Positions 48,131-64,000 of a stretch of DNA of 64,000 bases are shown one piece after another. Numbering within the stretch: position 1 is the stretch's first letter; every line of letters begins with the position of its first letter. The position numbers and the translations under genes were made by a program. The notes beneath the pieces were generated by a model. The model was not told the DNA's origin. It saw only the letters and a program-made list of their open reading frames with translations, and did no database searches. Source of the stretch: Batkoa obscura (Eukaryota); the NCBI GenBank assembly GCA_030770535.1, contig JASVEC010000012.1, forward strand, positions 1,240,001 to 1,304,000, read 5' to 3'.

Positions 48131-50283
48131 ATGGAAGATCAAGTTGTTAAAAATCCAAGGAAGCAAATATGGCGTACAAATAAACAAGGGAATGTAATAA
48201 GAGGAAGAAACAAATCAACTGGGCGAAGAGGAGGTTTTAGAAAGGGGTTGAAAGAAAATCAACCAGAAAAAAAATCGGTATTTGATAGATTAGGTCTAAA
48301 GACTGAAACTAATAAAGACAATAATATCAATACCAGAGTCAGCTTTAAAAAAAACAGTTTCCAAAAAGGAAAAAACAAAGATCATGTTTTTTTGAAGGAA
48401 AATAAGTTAATTCAAGAACAAGATGAATTTGTTGAAGGAGATGATTCTAATGAATATATGGATGACGTAAGTGACGATGAGAATTCAGATAATATGGAAT
48501 CAGACGGTATGGGATCTGACGACGTTGAGATGGAAGATGCTGGACTTGAAAATGTTGAAATTGATGATATGGGATCTGATGACGTTGAACGTGATGTTGA
48601 TAATGATGGGATTCGAGATGCAGAATATGACTCAGAAAATATGATTGAGGAACTTGAAAAGGAAATTTATAATAATGAAGAAAGAAATAATCATAGCTAC
48701 AAAAAAAATAGTCGAAATGATATAAAACCAGCTAAAGAATTTGTTGGTGGAGAGAGTGTGTTAAGTAATATTATGCAATCAAGAAGAAAAACAAATGAAG
48801 AAAGGAGAAGGGAAGAAGAAATGAGACAACAGTATATGAAAAAATTAGATAAAGTAAAGTTTTTGAACTATTTTTTCATTAGAAATTAATAATTTTTTAG
48901 TTAAAAGAGGAACGTCAATTTGAAATGAAACGTTATATAAAGGAAGGATTTATGACCGATCCAGAAAAAAAAATGGATATTAAAGATGCTATAAATTTAA
49001 TACCCGATTGTCATACTATGTGTCCAGAATTTGAAAAAGCAGAAAGAAAATTTGAAAATAATGTGGATAAATTTGAAAAGGTAATAATAATTTATTAATA
49101 AAGTATAAAATTAAAAATGTAGGATCCTTATAAAATGGTAAAAAAATATACTCGTTCAGCTGCTGGTACTCATATTATTATGCCTTGTGATGTTCGTACA
49201 CCAAAAGTTTTATTAGTGAGTTTTTTTAAAAAAATGATATAAATTCTTAATTAATATTGAAATATTAGGAAACGACTCATTATCTTATTGATCAAGTAGT
49301 TAATAGTGATAAACACACGTTCTATGAAACCCATTCTTTTGTGAGAGATAGATTGAGGGCCATTGCAAAAGATTTTATTCTTCAACATTATAATGGACCA
49401 ATTGCAGTCGAAGTTTACGAAATGATATCTAGATTTTATATACTATCAATTCATGAATTAAGTAAAGAAAAGAAATGGGATGAAATACCAGAAGAGCGTA
49501 AGCAATTAAAAGCAAGTAATACTCTAAATTAATTTTATTTAAATTTTATTTACAATTTAATTCGTAGCATTATCGAATCTCGTAGAAGAATACGAGATGC
49601 TAAGAAAACAGAATATACAATGTCCAAATGAACATGAATTTCGAAGTTATATTGATCTCAATAATCTTTTTATGATCAAAAGTGCTTATAATTTTATACA
49701 AACAAATAATACATTTAAATATGATATGATTAAAAAGGAAACTAGAATAGTTAAAAAAGTAGAAAGATTAATAGCTAAAATAACAGCAAGTTTGAACTTA
49801 TCCAATCAACGATCTTTTAATGATGATGTACTTTTATTATTTATGGAATTTTTTGATTTTGTATTTAATTTAGAAAAAGATTATTTTTTATTTGGTTGTA
49901 TAATAGAAACTCATTTTCAATCCATTCGAAGATTAATAATGTTAACAATTAAATTAATGAATAATGAAAACAATAATCAAATAAGTTATACAATACAATC
50001 ATTAAATGATTTATTACATTTTGATGATTTAGAATTCTTTAAAAAGTTTTTAAATTATTGTGGAATTGATAATTTTAATATCAATAATGGACCTCAAGAA
50101 CAAGTCATTTTAGATTTAAATGGATCAAGTTTAATTAGTATTAAAAAGGTTGTAGAATCTATTCATATACTTACTCAAGTTATTTTTTCGAAAAAAATTG
50201 ATCAAATTAAAAAAGATAGGGATTACAAGTCTATTGTATGTGGTTTATTAGATAATATCAAAGGTTTAAGTCAAACTGTTTCA

Positions 50284-50319
<36 letters not shown>

Positions 50320-53066
50320 TTACAGAGTGAATTATTAGGTTTTAGTTTTATCACAGGTAAAACTACTTCCAACGTTATTGGAGATCAAAATTTAAATTCA
50401 AAGAAGAATAGTGCTATTCTGATTAAAGAAGAACAAAAAATTGGAATGACATTAGAACAAGAAGGTATAATAAAGGCAAAACATGAAGAGATATTACAAT
50501 TGAAAAATAAAATTCAAGGACTAATTGACGCTAAAAATAATTTAAAAGAATATGAAACCCAACTACCTAATCAAGTAGAAAGATATCAAGAATATTTAAA
50601 TCTACAACAAGTAAGAGTACAAGAAGAAGCTTTAATAGAAAAAGAAATAAGAAAAGATAAGGTATTACAACAAAAATTAGATCAATTAAATCTAGAAAAT
50701 CGAGAAATAATAATAATGTTTAAAGAAGCGGAACAAATAAAAGCAGAACTATTGGAAGAAAATAAAGTTGGTAAACTTCGTAGAAAAGAAATGAGAGATA
50801 AGGTAGATAAAGCAATTGAAAAAACAAAAAGAAAAGAAATTGAAAGAAAGGAAAAGGAAAAAGAAATGGAAGAAAAAAGGAAAGTTGATAATTTAACTAA
50901 AAAATTAACTGAAGAAATGATTGATGAATATACAGAAAATTTTATAAAAGAGCAATTTAAAATTAAAATAAAAGAGGAAACCATGGTGGATATATTGTAC
51001 ACTAATTTAGTTGAAAATTATATGGAAGAATTGGTATATGAAGAAATGAGTCAACAATATAGAAGCCGACATTTGATCCAAAAATATTTTAAGGAATTTA
51101 AAGTAAAAGCTAAGATTTCAGCTAATAAAAGAAAAGAAAGAAAAATGTTAAGTGAATTCACACTTAAAATGAATCCATTAAAAATGAAATTTCAAATAGA
51201 TGAATTACAAAGTGATGTTCAAGTGAATTGGAATGATTATATCGAATTTAAAGAAGGAATGACAACAGATGATATGTTATGTGAAGTTATTGATAAATCA
51301 AGAGAAGCTTATTTATCTAAAATTAAACCAATACTTAATAATCCAGTAATAAGGGAATTATTACAATGTATAATTCTACCAGAAATGTTAAAAGTGTATA
51401 ATGATCAACTTAGTTGGAGTATTTATTTTGTATTATCCGATATTGAACATTATTCATCGGAATATTTAAAAACTAAATTAAATTTAAAATCTCAAATTAT
51501 TAATAAAGAACTTTATTATAATAATTTTAAACAAAATAATATTAATAATATTACTAAATCGGAATTAGATATTCATTTAATGGATGATTTTAATAAAGTT
51601 ATTTTATTTCCAAAGGTAAATTTAATAATAATAATAATTATTACTATTATTATGTAATTTTAATTTTAATTTTAATTATGTTTAGGTTGAATCTGTTAAT
51701 TTTAGAACTTTGGTATTTCAATTAGATATATTAGAGTTGGATCAAGATAAAGAGTATTTTATTTTCTATTAATTATATTATTAAATAGTAATGTTTTATT
51801 TTACAGTGATTATTTTTTTCAACAAGTTAAGAAATTGGAAGAGATAATTTTAATAGCAAAAACAAAAGAAGTTGTGTTTAATAATTTAGGCATAATTTAT
51901 TGGCCAAATTCAACGGAAGATTTAATTGATCAAGAGGTAATTTATTTTAAAAAAGAACTAATAATTATATTTTATTAAAACTTTATTTAGTCCATTTATA
52001 ATGAAGTTATATTATCAAGTGAATTAATTAATAATACATTTAATAAAATAACTATTAAAAATATGGATCCAGAGGATATTGATGAACAATTACAAGATTT
52101 TTTATTTCATATTGCTAAACAATCGAATATTGATCATCCAGAGAAATTAAAAATTTATACAGGTAATTATAAATTATAAATTTATATTATTAATATTATT
52201 AATTTATTATTATTTAGATACATTAGATAATTTTCAACAAAAAACTAATGATTTAATTACATTAATGACATCTTCAACATATTTAGCAAATTATGGTATT
52301 TTAATTTAATTTAATTTGTTATTTATAATAACTAATAATTAATAATTTTATATAAGAACATTTTTTTAAATTCCTTGATATTGGATTTGAAATTTTTAAT
52401 CTTATAATTAATTATTTAGAAGCCAATGATTTAGGTCAATTTAAAAAACAAGGTGATAATTATTATATGGCTGAATTTATAAAGTAATTGAATTATTTTA
52501 ATTAAATTAATAATAATAATATTTTAGTCAAAATGAAGAATTTAAAAATAAATTGGAAATTTTGATGGAAAGTACAATAAACTCAAACGAAGTTATTGAT
52601 AATGGTATAAAGTTTATAAAGTATTATTATATATATTAATATTTTATTTTATTTATATTAGATTTAAAAAATAAATTAAAGAATATACTTAATGAAATAG
52701 CCAATTATTTATTTAATTCATTAAAAGTTTATCAAGCGAATGTACCTATCAATTTTCAATTTATAAATCCAATATTTGAACAATTTATTTTAAAAAAAAA
52801 TCAACAGATAAAAGATATTAACAATAATAATATATTGGAAAATAAAAGGTATATTTTATATTTCATATTTTATATTTTATATTTTATATTTTATATTCTT
52901 ATTTTTATAATAATAATATATTAATAGAGAACACGAAGCTATTGAAAGAGAAATTAAGAAACCAAAATTAGATGTAATGAAAAAAATTAATCATAGTAAA
53001 AAAGTAATTCAAGAATTTAAAGATTTTTTAAATCAAATTGATAATAAACAAAGTACCACTCTTTAA
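48131..53066 (+). CDS. SAC3: SAC3/GANP-family mRNA export protein; multi-exon
   Basis: Spliced motifs TMCPEFE, KKYTRSAAG, DVRTPKVL, FVRDRLRAIAKDF and CPNEHEFRSY, then a long coiled coil. 3' exon boundaries are approximate. Confidence 0.8.
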
Positions 53067-53328
53067 TTTTTATTTAATTGTTATTGTAAAGGCTAATAAA
53101 TTGGGTTTTATGAACTAATCTTTTAATTTTAATTTTAATTTTTTTTTTTTCTCCTTTTGAGTTCTAAATATTTGAAATTTTAAATAATCTCATAGTAGTT
53201 ACTTTAATTTCGAACTTTTTGATTGGAAACCCAAAAGAAAAATTACAGTGATGACATGAATTAAAAAAAATTGAAATTTATCCCTCATTTTCAATAAAAA
53301 AGATTTAAAACAATTTTTAATAATAATA

Positions 53329-54544
<1,216 letters not shown>

Positions 54545-54906
54545 GTATTTGGGATTTTACTTTGAATGATTAAGTTAATAAAATGGATTAGTTATTATTT
54601 TATTATATTTATGTTGGGCAATTAAAAGGAATAATTAACATAATAGAAATATATAAAGTGGATAAAAATGAAATCAGAATAATACGATTTATTTATAAAC
54701 CTCATAACTTAATAGTTCAAGTAATTTTTAATAGAGAATAATGTTTAGTTTTGGTTTTAATTTTTTGTTCACTTTAATAGGCTTAAAATTTAAAAAGATT
54801 ACTAATTAAATATTTTAAAAAACAAACTTCTAGAAATTCTAAAATCACTTCATAAAACTGATAATCAAAAATCAAAAATCAAAAATAACTTCTGTTTTAA
54901 ATTTCA

Positions 54907-57765
54907 ATGAATCAAAATATACAAGTTTATTATTATAACTTAACTGAAGAGAATAAAGTACAACAAACACAGCCATTTACATTTAGTTATATTAAAAATA
55001 CAGGAAATAATAAAAAATATCAAAAGGAAAATAAAGATGAACTAAAAGAAAAAATAGATAAACTATTGAGACCAAAGTTGATAGCTAATAATTTAAACTC
55101 TCGTTTATTGCCTTCATTTCTTGATCAGGAGAAATATAGTAATGGTATTAAGTTGGAGTTATTACAAAAGGAGAAATTGATAGTGGAGGTTCCAAATTTA
55201 GTACAGTTTATAAGTTATTTTATTAGTGAAGAGACAATGAGTGAAATGGAAAAAGAATTTTTAATAAAAGAAATAACAGAAAGAATTAAAGAAAATAAGT
55301 TTTATTTAAAATTAATTTTGGATGGTAAGTGATTATTATATTTATTCATTATTATTTAATTTTTCTATTTATTTTAGAGTTCCTTGACGATATTAAAAAT
55401 TCAATACCACATTTATTTGAATTAAAAGAAAATAAAAAATTAAATGAGATAATCGAAGTTCAGTTGAATCCAAAGATGATTGCTTTTAACCTTAAACAAA
55501 TAGAAAATGAAGATTATTTACCTCAGTTTCTTAAACAAGCACCAATGAATGAATTTTCAGTAATAATTATTTAATTTATATAATATTATTTATTAATTTG
55601 ATTAAAGGAAAGTGAAATAAAATTTCAATTAATAACAAATGAAGATATAGAATTGATAAAAACAATATATATAGAACCCATCTTTAAAGGAAATGAAATT
55701 AACGAATTATTACCATCAATAGAATTAATAAGTAAATTATTAAATAATAGAATTATTTATAAAAATAGAGAAGAATTAATAATTAATAATTTACCATTAA
55801 TTAATGGAAATGAAATTCAATGTAAATTAAAAATTAAACAAGAATTTAACATAGCAAAAATAGATTATAATTTTACAAAAGTATATTATAAAATTAATAA
55901 TAATAATAATAATAATCTATTATTTTGTGAAAAAGTGGAATTATTAGAAAGTTTACCAAATGATAATAGTTTTGTATTTAATTGGTTTGATAGTGAAGGA
56001 AAAAAGTAAGTTTTATTAATATATTATATTAAATTAAATAAATTATTTTTATTTTTATTTTTATTTTTATTTTTATTTAGGATAGAAGATTTAATTAAAT
56101 TATATAATAATAATGATAATAATGATAATGACATAATATCAATATTATTAAATGGTGAAGCAGGAATAGGTAAATCGTTGTTTATAGCTCAATTAAGTAA
56201 ATTATATAATATTCAATGTTATAATACTAATGCATTAAAATTAAACACTTTGAATTCAACAAAACAAAAATTTCATAAATTAATACAAAGCATAATAGAA
56301 GATATGAATTTTAATACATATAATAATAAAATAATAATATTAACTATAGATAATTGTCATGAATTATTTTTTAAAAAAGAAAATGGATGGATAGTAATAG
56401 AATATTTGCAAAGTTTAAAATTATGGAAAAAATTAATTTATAAAAAATATAAAATTAAATTAATAATAATTTATTTAACAAATCAATTTAATCAATTAAA
56501 TCAAAATTTATTAGAATTAATTGAATATCAAGTTAATTTTAATAACCCAAAGCCTATTAATAGACAATTTATTTTATTTCATTATTTAAATAAATTCAAT
56601 AATAGTAATAATATTAATATTAATTTTGATCAATTACAATCAATTGCTGATGCTTGTTCAGGTTATTTATTAGTTGATTTAATATTACTAAGTAAAACAA
56701 TATTAAATTATTTAAATAAAAACAATAACAATAATAATTTGTATAATATATTTTTAAAATGTCGATCAAAAATTAAATTACCAACGATAAATAAAGATAA
56801 TTTAAATATACAAAAAATTTATTTTAAAGATATTGGAGGTATAAATAATATTAAACAAAAATTAATTTTATTAACTAAATATAATCGAAATCAATATGAA
56901 TTATATGAAAAATATAACATTATACCAACGATAGGAGTATTATTATATGGACCACCAGGTACAGGAAAAACATTAATTGGTAAAGCAATAGCAACAGAAT
57001 CGAACTATAATTTTATAAATATTAAAGTATCTCAATTAATACAAGGTGAAATTGGAGAAAGTGAAAAACAAATTAAATATTATTTTAATTTAGCTAAAAT
57101 TAATTCACCTTGTATTTTATTTTTAGATGAATTAGACGGTTTTTTCAATAATAATAATAATAATCAACAAAATATTCATTATAATCGATTTATTACTGCT
57201 TTTATTAATCAATTAGATGAATTAAAACAATTTGTTTTATTAAATTATAAACCAGTATTATTAATATGTACAACTAATTATCCTAATTTAATTGAATCTA
57301 GTTTATTAACTGAAGGTAAATTTAATAAAATTTATTTTTATTAATATATTAATTATATATAATATAATAGGTAGAATTGATCAACATATTTATATATCAC
57401 CACCCAATGAAATTGAACGATATGAGATAATATATAATCTATTAATTAAAATAGATTATATTAAATATAATTTAATTATACCAAATATTCATTCATTAAG
57501 TCAAAAAATAGCATTGATTACAAATTATTATACAGGGGCTGATTTAGCTTTAATTTTATCAAGAATTCATCAGATTAAAATGAATTTAAAAAATAAGAGA
57601 GTTAATAATAGTAATGAAAATGAATTAGATCTAAAAGTAGATTATATTTTAGCTTTGTTTCCAGAGTCCAAAGTGAAAGTTAATTTATTATTGAATATTA
57701 TACCTATTTATCCATCTATTTTAGAAGAACAATTAGAAATTTATGAAAAATTTAAAAATAAATGA
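54907..57765 (+). CDS. Tandem AAA+ ATPase (Cdc48/Afg2/Pex-like superfamily); multi-exon
   Basis: D1 NGEAGIGKS with a degenerate Walker B (TIDNCHEL); D2 FKDIGG, GVLLYGPPGTGKT, LFLDELD, GRID and YTGADL. Confidence 0.8.
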
Positions 57766-58818
57766 ATAATAATAAATTAATATAATTTATTTAACTTTGA
57801 ATATATTTATTTCAACTTTAATATCAAATAAGTATTCTTTTGGTTTTAATTTATTAAAAAAAATAATAAGTTCTTTTTTTAATATATTAATAATATTAGC
57901 TAATATTAAAATATTTTATTAACTTTATAAAGTTGTTATATTTGAACTATATTATTTTTCTATTTATTTGATTTAAATAATTAAAAGGTTCAATAATAAT
58001 ATAAACTTCTGTTTTTACAAAATTCAATTAATAAACTAAATTAGTTACTTTTTTCTAAGCTCAAAAAATGAACATAGAAATGAAAAAAAGATCCCTATGA
58101 AGGAGATATTTAAAACAAAATTGAAATTGATAGAACTATTATAACTCTATTATGACTTAATTTTCAATAACTTTTAGAGCTAATTATTTATTCGTTTGGA
58201 CTTTTTTCGGTTGAATTTATTTCACTTTTTTTTAATTCAATTTAGTTTTAAAATAAGGAATCAAGAAATTAGTCTAATTTATAGATAAAGATAAAGAGAT
58301 AAAGAGATAAAAAAGAGATAAAAAAAAAGATAAAAAAGAGATAAAAATATAAAAGAAAAATATAAAAAGAAAAATATAAAAAGAAAAAATAAATCTAAAT
58401 AGTTAATAATCAATAATAAAATAAATAAATAAATAAATAGAATATTTTGAAAAATATAATAGAATAAATTTTATTAAATCATTTTCAATTAATTAATTCA
58501 TAAATGTTATTTGAATATGTTATTAAAAGGTTTGTTTTATCCATTAAACTACCTTTTAAACTATAATCACTTAAACTATTTTATAAAATAAAAGTCTTCT
58601 TTTAAATGTAACCAATCAATTTCCTTTTATTTAAATCATTTGATATCAGCTTGTTAGTAAAATTGCTAAAATTAGAAATGTTCATTTGATTTATTTTCGA
58701 TAAAATTTTAAACCTTAAAAATTTTTTAACAAAAATTCAATTAAAATTATTCTTAACAATCTAGTTTGAATATTAACTTTTTAAATAAATAAAAAGAAAT
58801 AAAGTAAATAAATACAAA

Positions 58819-59816
58819 ATGGATTCAAGTAAATGGATTGATGTAACTAAAGAAAGTTTTCAATATTCTTTGGATCATTTTGTTATCCCAAGTCATTATG
58901 AAAAAGATGTCACTTCCATTATGATTCCTCATGGTATTATTATGGTAAGTTATTGTTAAATAGAAATTTAATTTAATTTAATTTAATTTAAAAAATAAAT
59001 TAATATTTAATTTCATTATTTAGGATCGTATTGAAAAATTAGCTAAATTAATAGTTAATGATAGTAAAGGACCATTAGGTAATTTCAATTTAATTAAACT
59101 TTCTTTTTTTAATTAAATTTGTTTTTATTTTTATATAGTCGTTTGTTGTGTGTTAAAAGGAGGCCATCAATTCTTCGCTGATTTAGTCAATGAAATTAAA
59201 AAATGTAATACTGTATTAGGACAATCCGTTCCTTTATCTTTAGAATTTATTAAAGTGAGATCCTATCATAACACTGAAAGTACAGGAGATGTTAAAATTT
59301 CTTTAACTGATAAAGAATGCATGGAATGGAAAGGGAAAGTAAGTGTATCAATTTAAAACATTATTATTTTATTAATTTTGTTTTATTTTATTGTTTTATA
59401 TTAATATTGATTGTTTTTTTTTATAGAATTTGTTAATTGTTGAAGATATTATTGATACTGGTAATACCATGGTGAAATTATTAGCTAAACTTAAAGATTA
59501 CGCACCAGCATCCGTAAGAGTAGCTTCACTTTTATTAAAAAAGACCCCATTATCTATTGGTTATATTCCCGATTATGTAGGTTTTGCTATCCCAGATGAA
59601 TTTGTTGTTGGGTAAGTTAATAATGTTATTGTATAATTTGAGGATTTTTATTAATCTCTTTTTTTAGTTATGCTTTAGATTATAATGAATATTTTAGAGA
59701 TTTAGATCACATTTGTGTTATTAGTGTATGTATTTTATAGAATTAGATTCCTTTATATTTATATTCAACTAATTTATTATTTTTAGGATCATGGCAAACA
59801 AGCTTATGCCCAATAA
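58819..59816 (+). CDS. HPRT: Hypoxanthine-guanine phosphoribosyltransferase; multi-exon
   Basis: [40 protein letters not shown] and [20 protein letters not shown] motifs. Confidence 0.95.
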
Positions 59817-59957
59817 AACCAAATAACCTTATTTCCCTAAATTTATTTTATAATATATAAATAGAAGTAAATAAAATCAAATTAAAATTAAAATTAAAAT
59901 ATAGCTATTTTTTTTAAAATATTAAAAAAAAACACTCTTTTTAATGCTATAATAAAT

Positions 59958-60056
59958 GAGCGTGTTTTTTTTTACTTCATTACTTTTTCTATCTTTTAAG
60001 CGCTATTTGAGTGCAAAAACTGTTAGTAAAATTCCTAAATAAAAAAAAACAGCCCC
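59958..60056. mobile_element. Sola-derived MITE copy between convergent genes
   Basis: aaat|GAGCGTGTTTTT...AACAGCCCC|aaat (AAAT TSD). Confidence 0.85.
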
Positions 60057-60080
60057 AAATATTCTTTTTTTTTAATCAAT

Positions 60081-62092
60081 TTAAAACATCGAACGAATAA
60101 CTACACTCTCCACTTTCTTCTTCTTATCTTTACTTTTACTTAAATCCAATGAACTATTACTTTCACACAAATTACTACCTTCCATACTTAATTCAGGTGC
60201 TGATTTATTCAACATATTCTTATCTACTAAAATATTCCTTCCTGAATTGGAAGTTTTAAATAAAGCTTTACTTTTCGAAACAAATGTAGAAAACAGAGAA
60301 GAATCCGATTTCTTTTTCTTAAATTTAAAAAGTGAGGTAGGTAATGATAAATGATTATATTTTGGTTCAATTGAATGTTCAATATTTAAGTGTTCATTGA
60401 TAAGTTCAGTTGTATTATTTGATACTAAATTGGGATTAAATAAATGTTGAAAGGGATTGTTTTCTTCAGGTTCTTTAATTTGATTAAGTTGAATAGTATC
60501 AATATCCTCTTTTGATTTTAATGGAATATTAAAATCATTTTGTAATGAATCTTTGTTTAATACATCTTCATCATTTATTATTTCAATTTCATCAATTTTT
60601 ATTACTGGGGTAATATGTTTTATTGAGTCATTATTAAATCTCTTTTGAGAATTCATAATTTTATCTTGAATATCATTATTATGTTCTACTAAATTCAGTT
60701 TGTTATCTTCAACGGGTAACTTTTCAATCTTATCTTCCTCTATGGTAATTATACTAGTGTCTATTTTCTTCTTTTCTTTAATTTCATTTTCATTCACTTC
60801 ATTTTTTTCACTTAAAACAATTACTAAATTATCAGCTTCAACTTTTGATTTCATCAATCCACTTTTATTTAATAATTTACTTTCACTTAAGGTAATCAAT
60901 GTGTTATCAGTTTCATTGTTTAATTCCTTTAGCTCATTTTCATCCACTTGTTTATTTTTACTTACAGTAACCACAGCTTTAACATCTTTAACCTTTGATT
61001 CCTTTGATTCCTTTGATTCCTTTGATTCTTTTATATCAATCACTTTCTTATCATCTTCAACCTTTATTTCTTTTACCACTTTTTTATTTACTTTCTTATC
61101 ATTATTTTTAGAGTTGTTCTCCTCCTTTATTTCATTCTCCTTCTTCTCTTTCTCTTTCTCCTTTTTCTTTCTCATCTTTTCATTTTCATTTAATAAACCA
61201 ATCCCACCAGATTGTGAAATAGAACGTCGACGTAATTTACGATCATGTGGATCTTCAATTTCTTTATATTGATTGTTAGTTATACTTGGTAATTGAATAG
61301 GTGGTTTCCAATTTTTTAATTCTGGATGATCCCATTCAATTCTATATGTACCAAAGTCATTACTTTGACTTGAAGCGCGGACAAAAGAAGGTTTGGGACG
61401 TGTAGGGATAACTGAAGATTCTGTCGATTTTGATATAGTGGTTATGTCAGGGGTATAAGGTAAAATAGTTGGTGTTTTTATTATAGTTCCAGAAGAGATG
61501 AGTTCTGGTTGTTTAAATTCTAATAAAGACGTATTTTGTATTCTGTTTGATTGAGTTTGATTATTTAAAGTTGTATTAATAGTAGTTAAATTATTATTTG
61601 ATTGAGTTTTAGTTTCAAAAAAATTATTCTTTTTTGATTTTAATATACCAACTTCATCTAAACCTGGTGTCAATGGTTTAATATATTTTTTGATTAAAGT
61701 GTCTTCTTCAATTGATTTATTAAACTCCTGATTCTTTTCATTATTATTTATAACATCAATGCTTTCATTTTGATTTTTAACTTTTAAATTAATATTTAAT
61801 CCAGACGATAAACTTTTATTAGATTCTTTTGATTCATTACTATTCTTTTGTCCATATTGAATTAAATCTTTTTTAGTAAAATAATCATCTTCTATGTTAG
61901 AAATAACATCTTCTTTTCTTAAAATTCTATTTTTAACAAATTCTTTTCTTTCTAGTATAATAGACTCTAAAATATCGTCATTCTTTACTTCCTTCTTAAT
62001 AATTTTATCTAATCCAGGTGTCAATGGTTCAATTATAATGTCTTTAATATCACTATTATCATTAATTAATTTTAAATCTATACTCTTTTTAC

Positions 62093-62133
<41 letters not shown>

Positions 62134-62671
62134 TTTTCTATAGTATTTATTGGATTTTTATAATTAATATTTAAATTTTCTGGATAAGCTTTATTAAGTT
62201 GATTATTAACCCATAATAAAGTAAATGTAGTTTGATAAATACCACCAATACTTTTAATTGGTTGTTGACTTGAACAGGTAATTTTTGTTTCCCAATTAAT
62301 ACCAGGTTCTACTTTATGTCCCGTATTTCTAATTAAAGATTGTTGTGTTTCTTGTTTATACTTTACGCTATTGTCTTTGGTTTTAGTTTGTTGACTTTCT
62401 TCTTCTTTAGATTGAATTAATTTATAGTCATCTTCTTTTAATTCATTTTCATCAATTATTTCAATTGATATTGGTTGCCAACCTCCATTATCATCTATCT
62501 TTTTTATAATTCCTTTTAAATTACTACGTTCTCTTAACCTGCCTTTTTCAATTTCAACTTCGTTCTTTTGTTTATAATAATTCTCTTTAGATTGATAATC
62601 AATTACCTCTGACTTTACTCTATTATGTGTATAAAATGAATGTTTTGTATCCCTTTCAAGTCCTCGTTGTA

Positions 62672-62707
<36 letters not shown>

Positions 62708-64000
62708 CTTTAGTTAAAAATTTCATTTGAGTTTCATTATATTGTCGATTATCATTAACATTGTTCGATTGATAATATAATTCATTATGTTGATGATTTA
62801 TATTTGTTGAATTAGTATATTGTTGATTATTATTATTATTATTTATTTGGGAATGCTGAGTATAATTTATATTATATTCATTATTATTAATATAATTAAA
62901 ATTATTAATATGCTTCCTCTGATATGATTTATTATCAGATGATATATAATTTGTTTGATTTATTGTTTGTTTGTTTTCATGATGAGTTGTATAATGTGAA
63001 TGATGTTTATTTTCATGAGAATTTATTATTAAATTATTATGATTATGATTATGATTATGATTATGATTATGATTATGATTATGATTATGATTATGATTAT
63101 GATTATGATTATTAATATTATGATTATAATTATTATGACTCTGATGATTCGAATGGTAATGATTATTATGTGATTGATGTATTATATCATGTTGTTTTTG
63201 ATGATGATGATGATTTTGATATGAATGATGTACTGTATTATGATTATTATATGATTGATATATTATATCATTATGAGTATTTTTTTCAACTTTTTGTTTA
63301 ATCATAGCATTTGATTGATGAATTTTATAGGCCCCAAACAATGGAAACGGTAAATTTTGATCATCAGCTATTTTATGAGCTGGTGATAATATATCCATTT
63401 GTTTTAACTCTTTTAATGCATTTTTGGGTAATAATGGATGTTCCATTTTATTATCATTATTATTATTATTTGTAATAAATGGTAAATTATTATCATGGAT
63501 ATGAGTATCCTGATGGTGATGATGGGAATGTTTATTTGTAATGTTATTTATATTATGAATTGTGGATGAGGAGTGATAATTATTATTATGTATAGATCCA
63601 TGCGTTTGAGTTTGATTATTCTTATTATATTTATGTTGAAATGCAAAATCAAGTGAATGTGTTGTTGAACTTTCATGAGAGTGTTGTTGAGAATGACTTT
63701 CATTATAGGAATACTGCGTTGAATGACTTATGTGATGGGAATGTTGTTGTGAATGATTTTCATGATGAGAATATTGTTGTGAAGTACTTTCATTATAATA
63801 ATGAGGATGATTATCTTGTATTGTATTAGAAGTATGTTGAAATTGATTAATTAACTGGTCATTTGTTTTTGTTATTGGAATTTCTTCTTTATCATGTTTT
63901 AAATGTGACTTAAATGATAATTTGTTAAATAAGAATTAAACTTAAAAAGTAAATAAAATTACCTGAATTGTCAATTCTTGTTTGGATATATTCTATTATA
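60081..64000 (-). CDS. Large low-complexity (Asn/His/Lys/Glu-rich) protein; 5' end outside the window
   Basis: 1121-aa ORF; the frame stays open upstream of 63446 to a probable intron at 63909-63962; no domain recognised. Confidence 0.7.
63041..63112. repeat. (GATTAT)12 hexanucleotide microsatellite encoding (NH)n
   Basis: Direct reading of the sequence. Confidence 0.95.

Noticed and set aside
60700..63829. Plus-strand ORFs opposite the large minus-strand gene, and similar antisense ORFs at 1124, 3093, 9028, 23758-25332 and 50682
   Set aside because: Shadow frames of real CDSs or microsatellites, with no independent coding signal.

Overview
Very AT-rich eukaryotic (fungal) genomic DNA with many short (about 40-70 nt) GT-AG introns. 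The gene set (Zn2Cys6 factor, bacillopeptidase-F-like subtilisins, animal-type HPRT, copine) points to an early-diverging fungus, possibly Entomophthorales (inference, not proven). About 21 host genes are recognisable, including SWA2/auxilin, RRG7, paraoxonase-like, DnaJ, PTPA, P4-ATPase, PFA4, copine, p24, HAP3, Whi3/Scw1-like, SAC3, enoyl-CoA hydratase, an AAA ATPase and HPRT. Accessory DNA: (1) a full-length Sola-like DDD transposon (36112-38973; 22-bp perfect TIRs, ATAT TSD, frameshifted transposase) with a multi-branch fold-back structure starting at its stop codon; (2) about 15 copies of a ~100-bp MITE whose two ends are colinear with the two ends of that element; (3) two solo LTRs of one family, both inside Sola sequence; (4) two inverted subtilisin paralogs identical over long blocks but divergent in two active-site patches, plus a third pseudogenised copy. 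All alignments, splice models and folds were done by eye.
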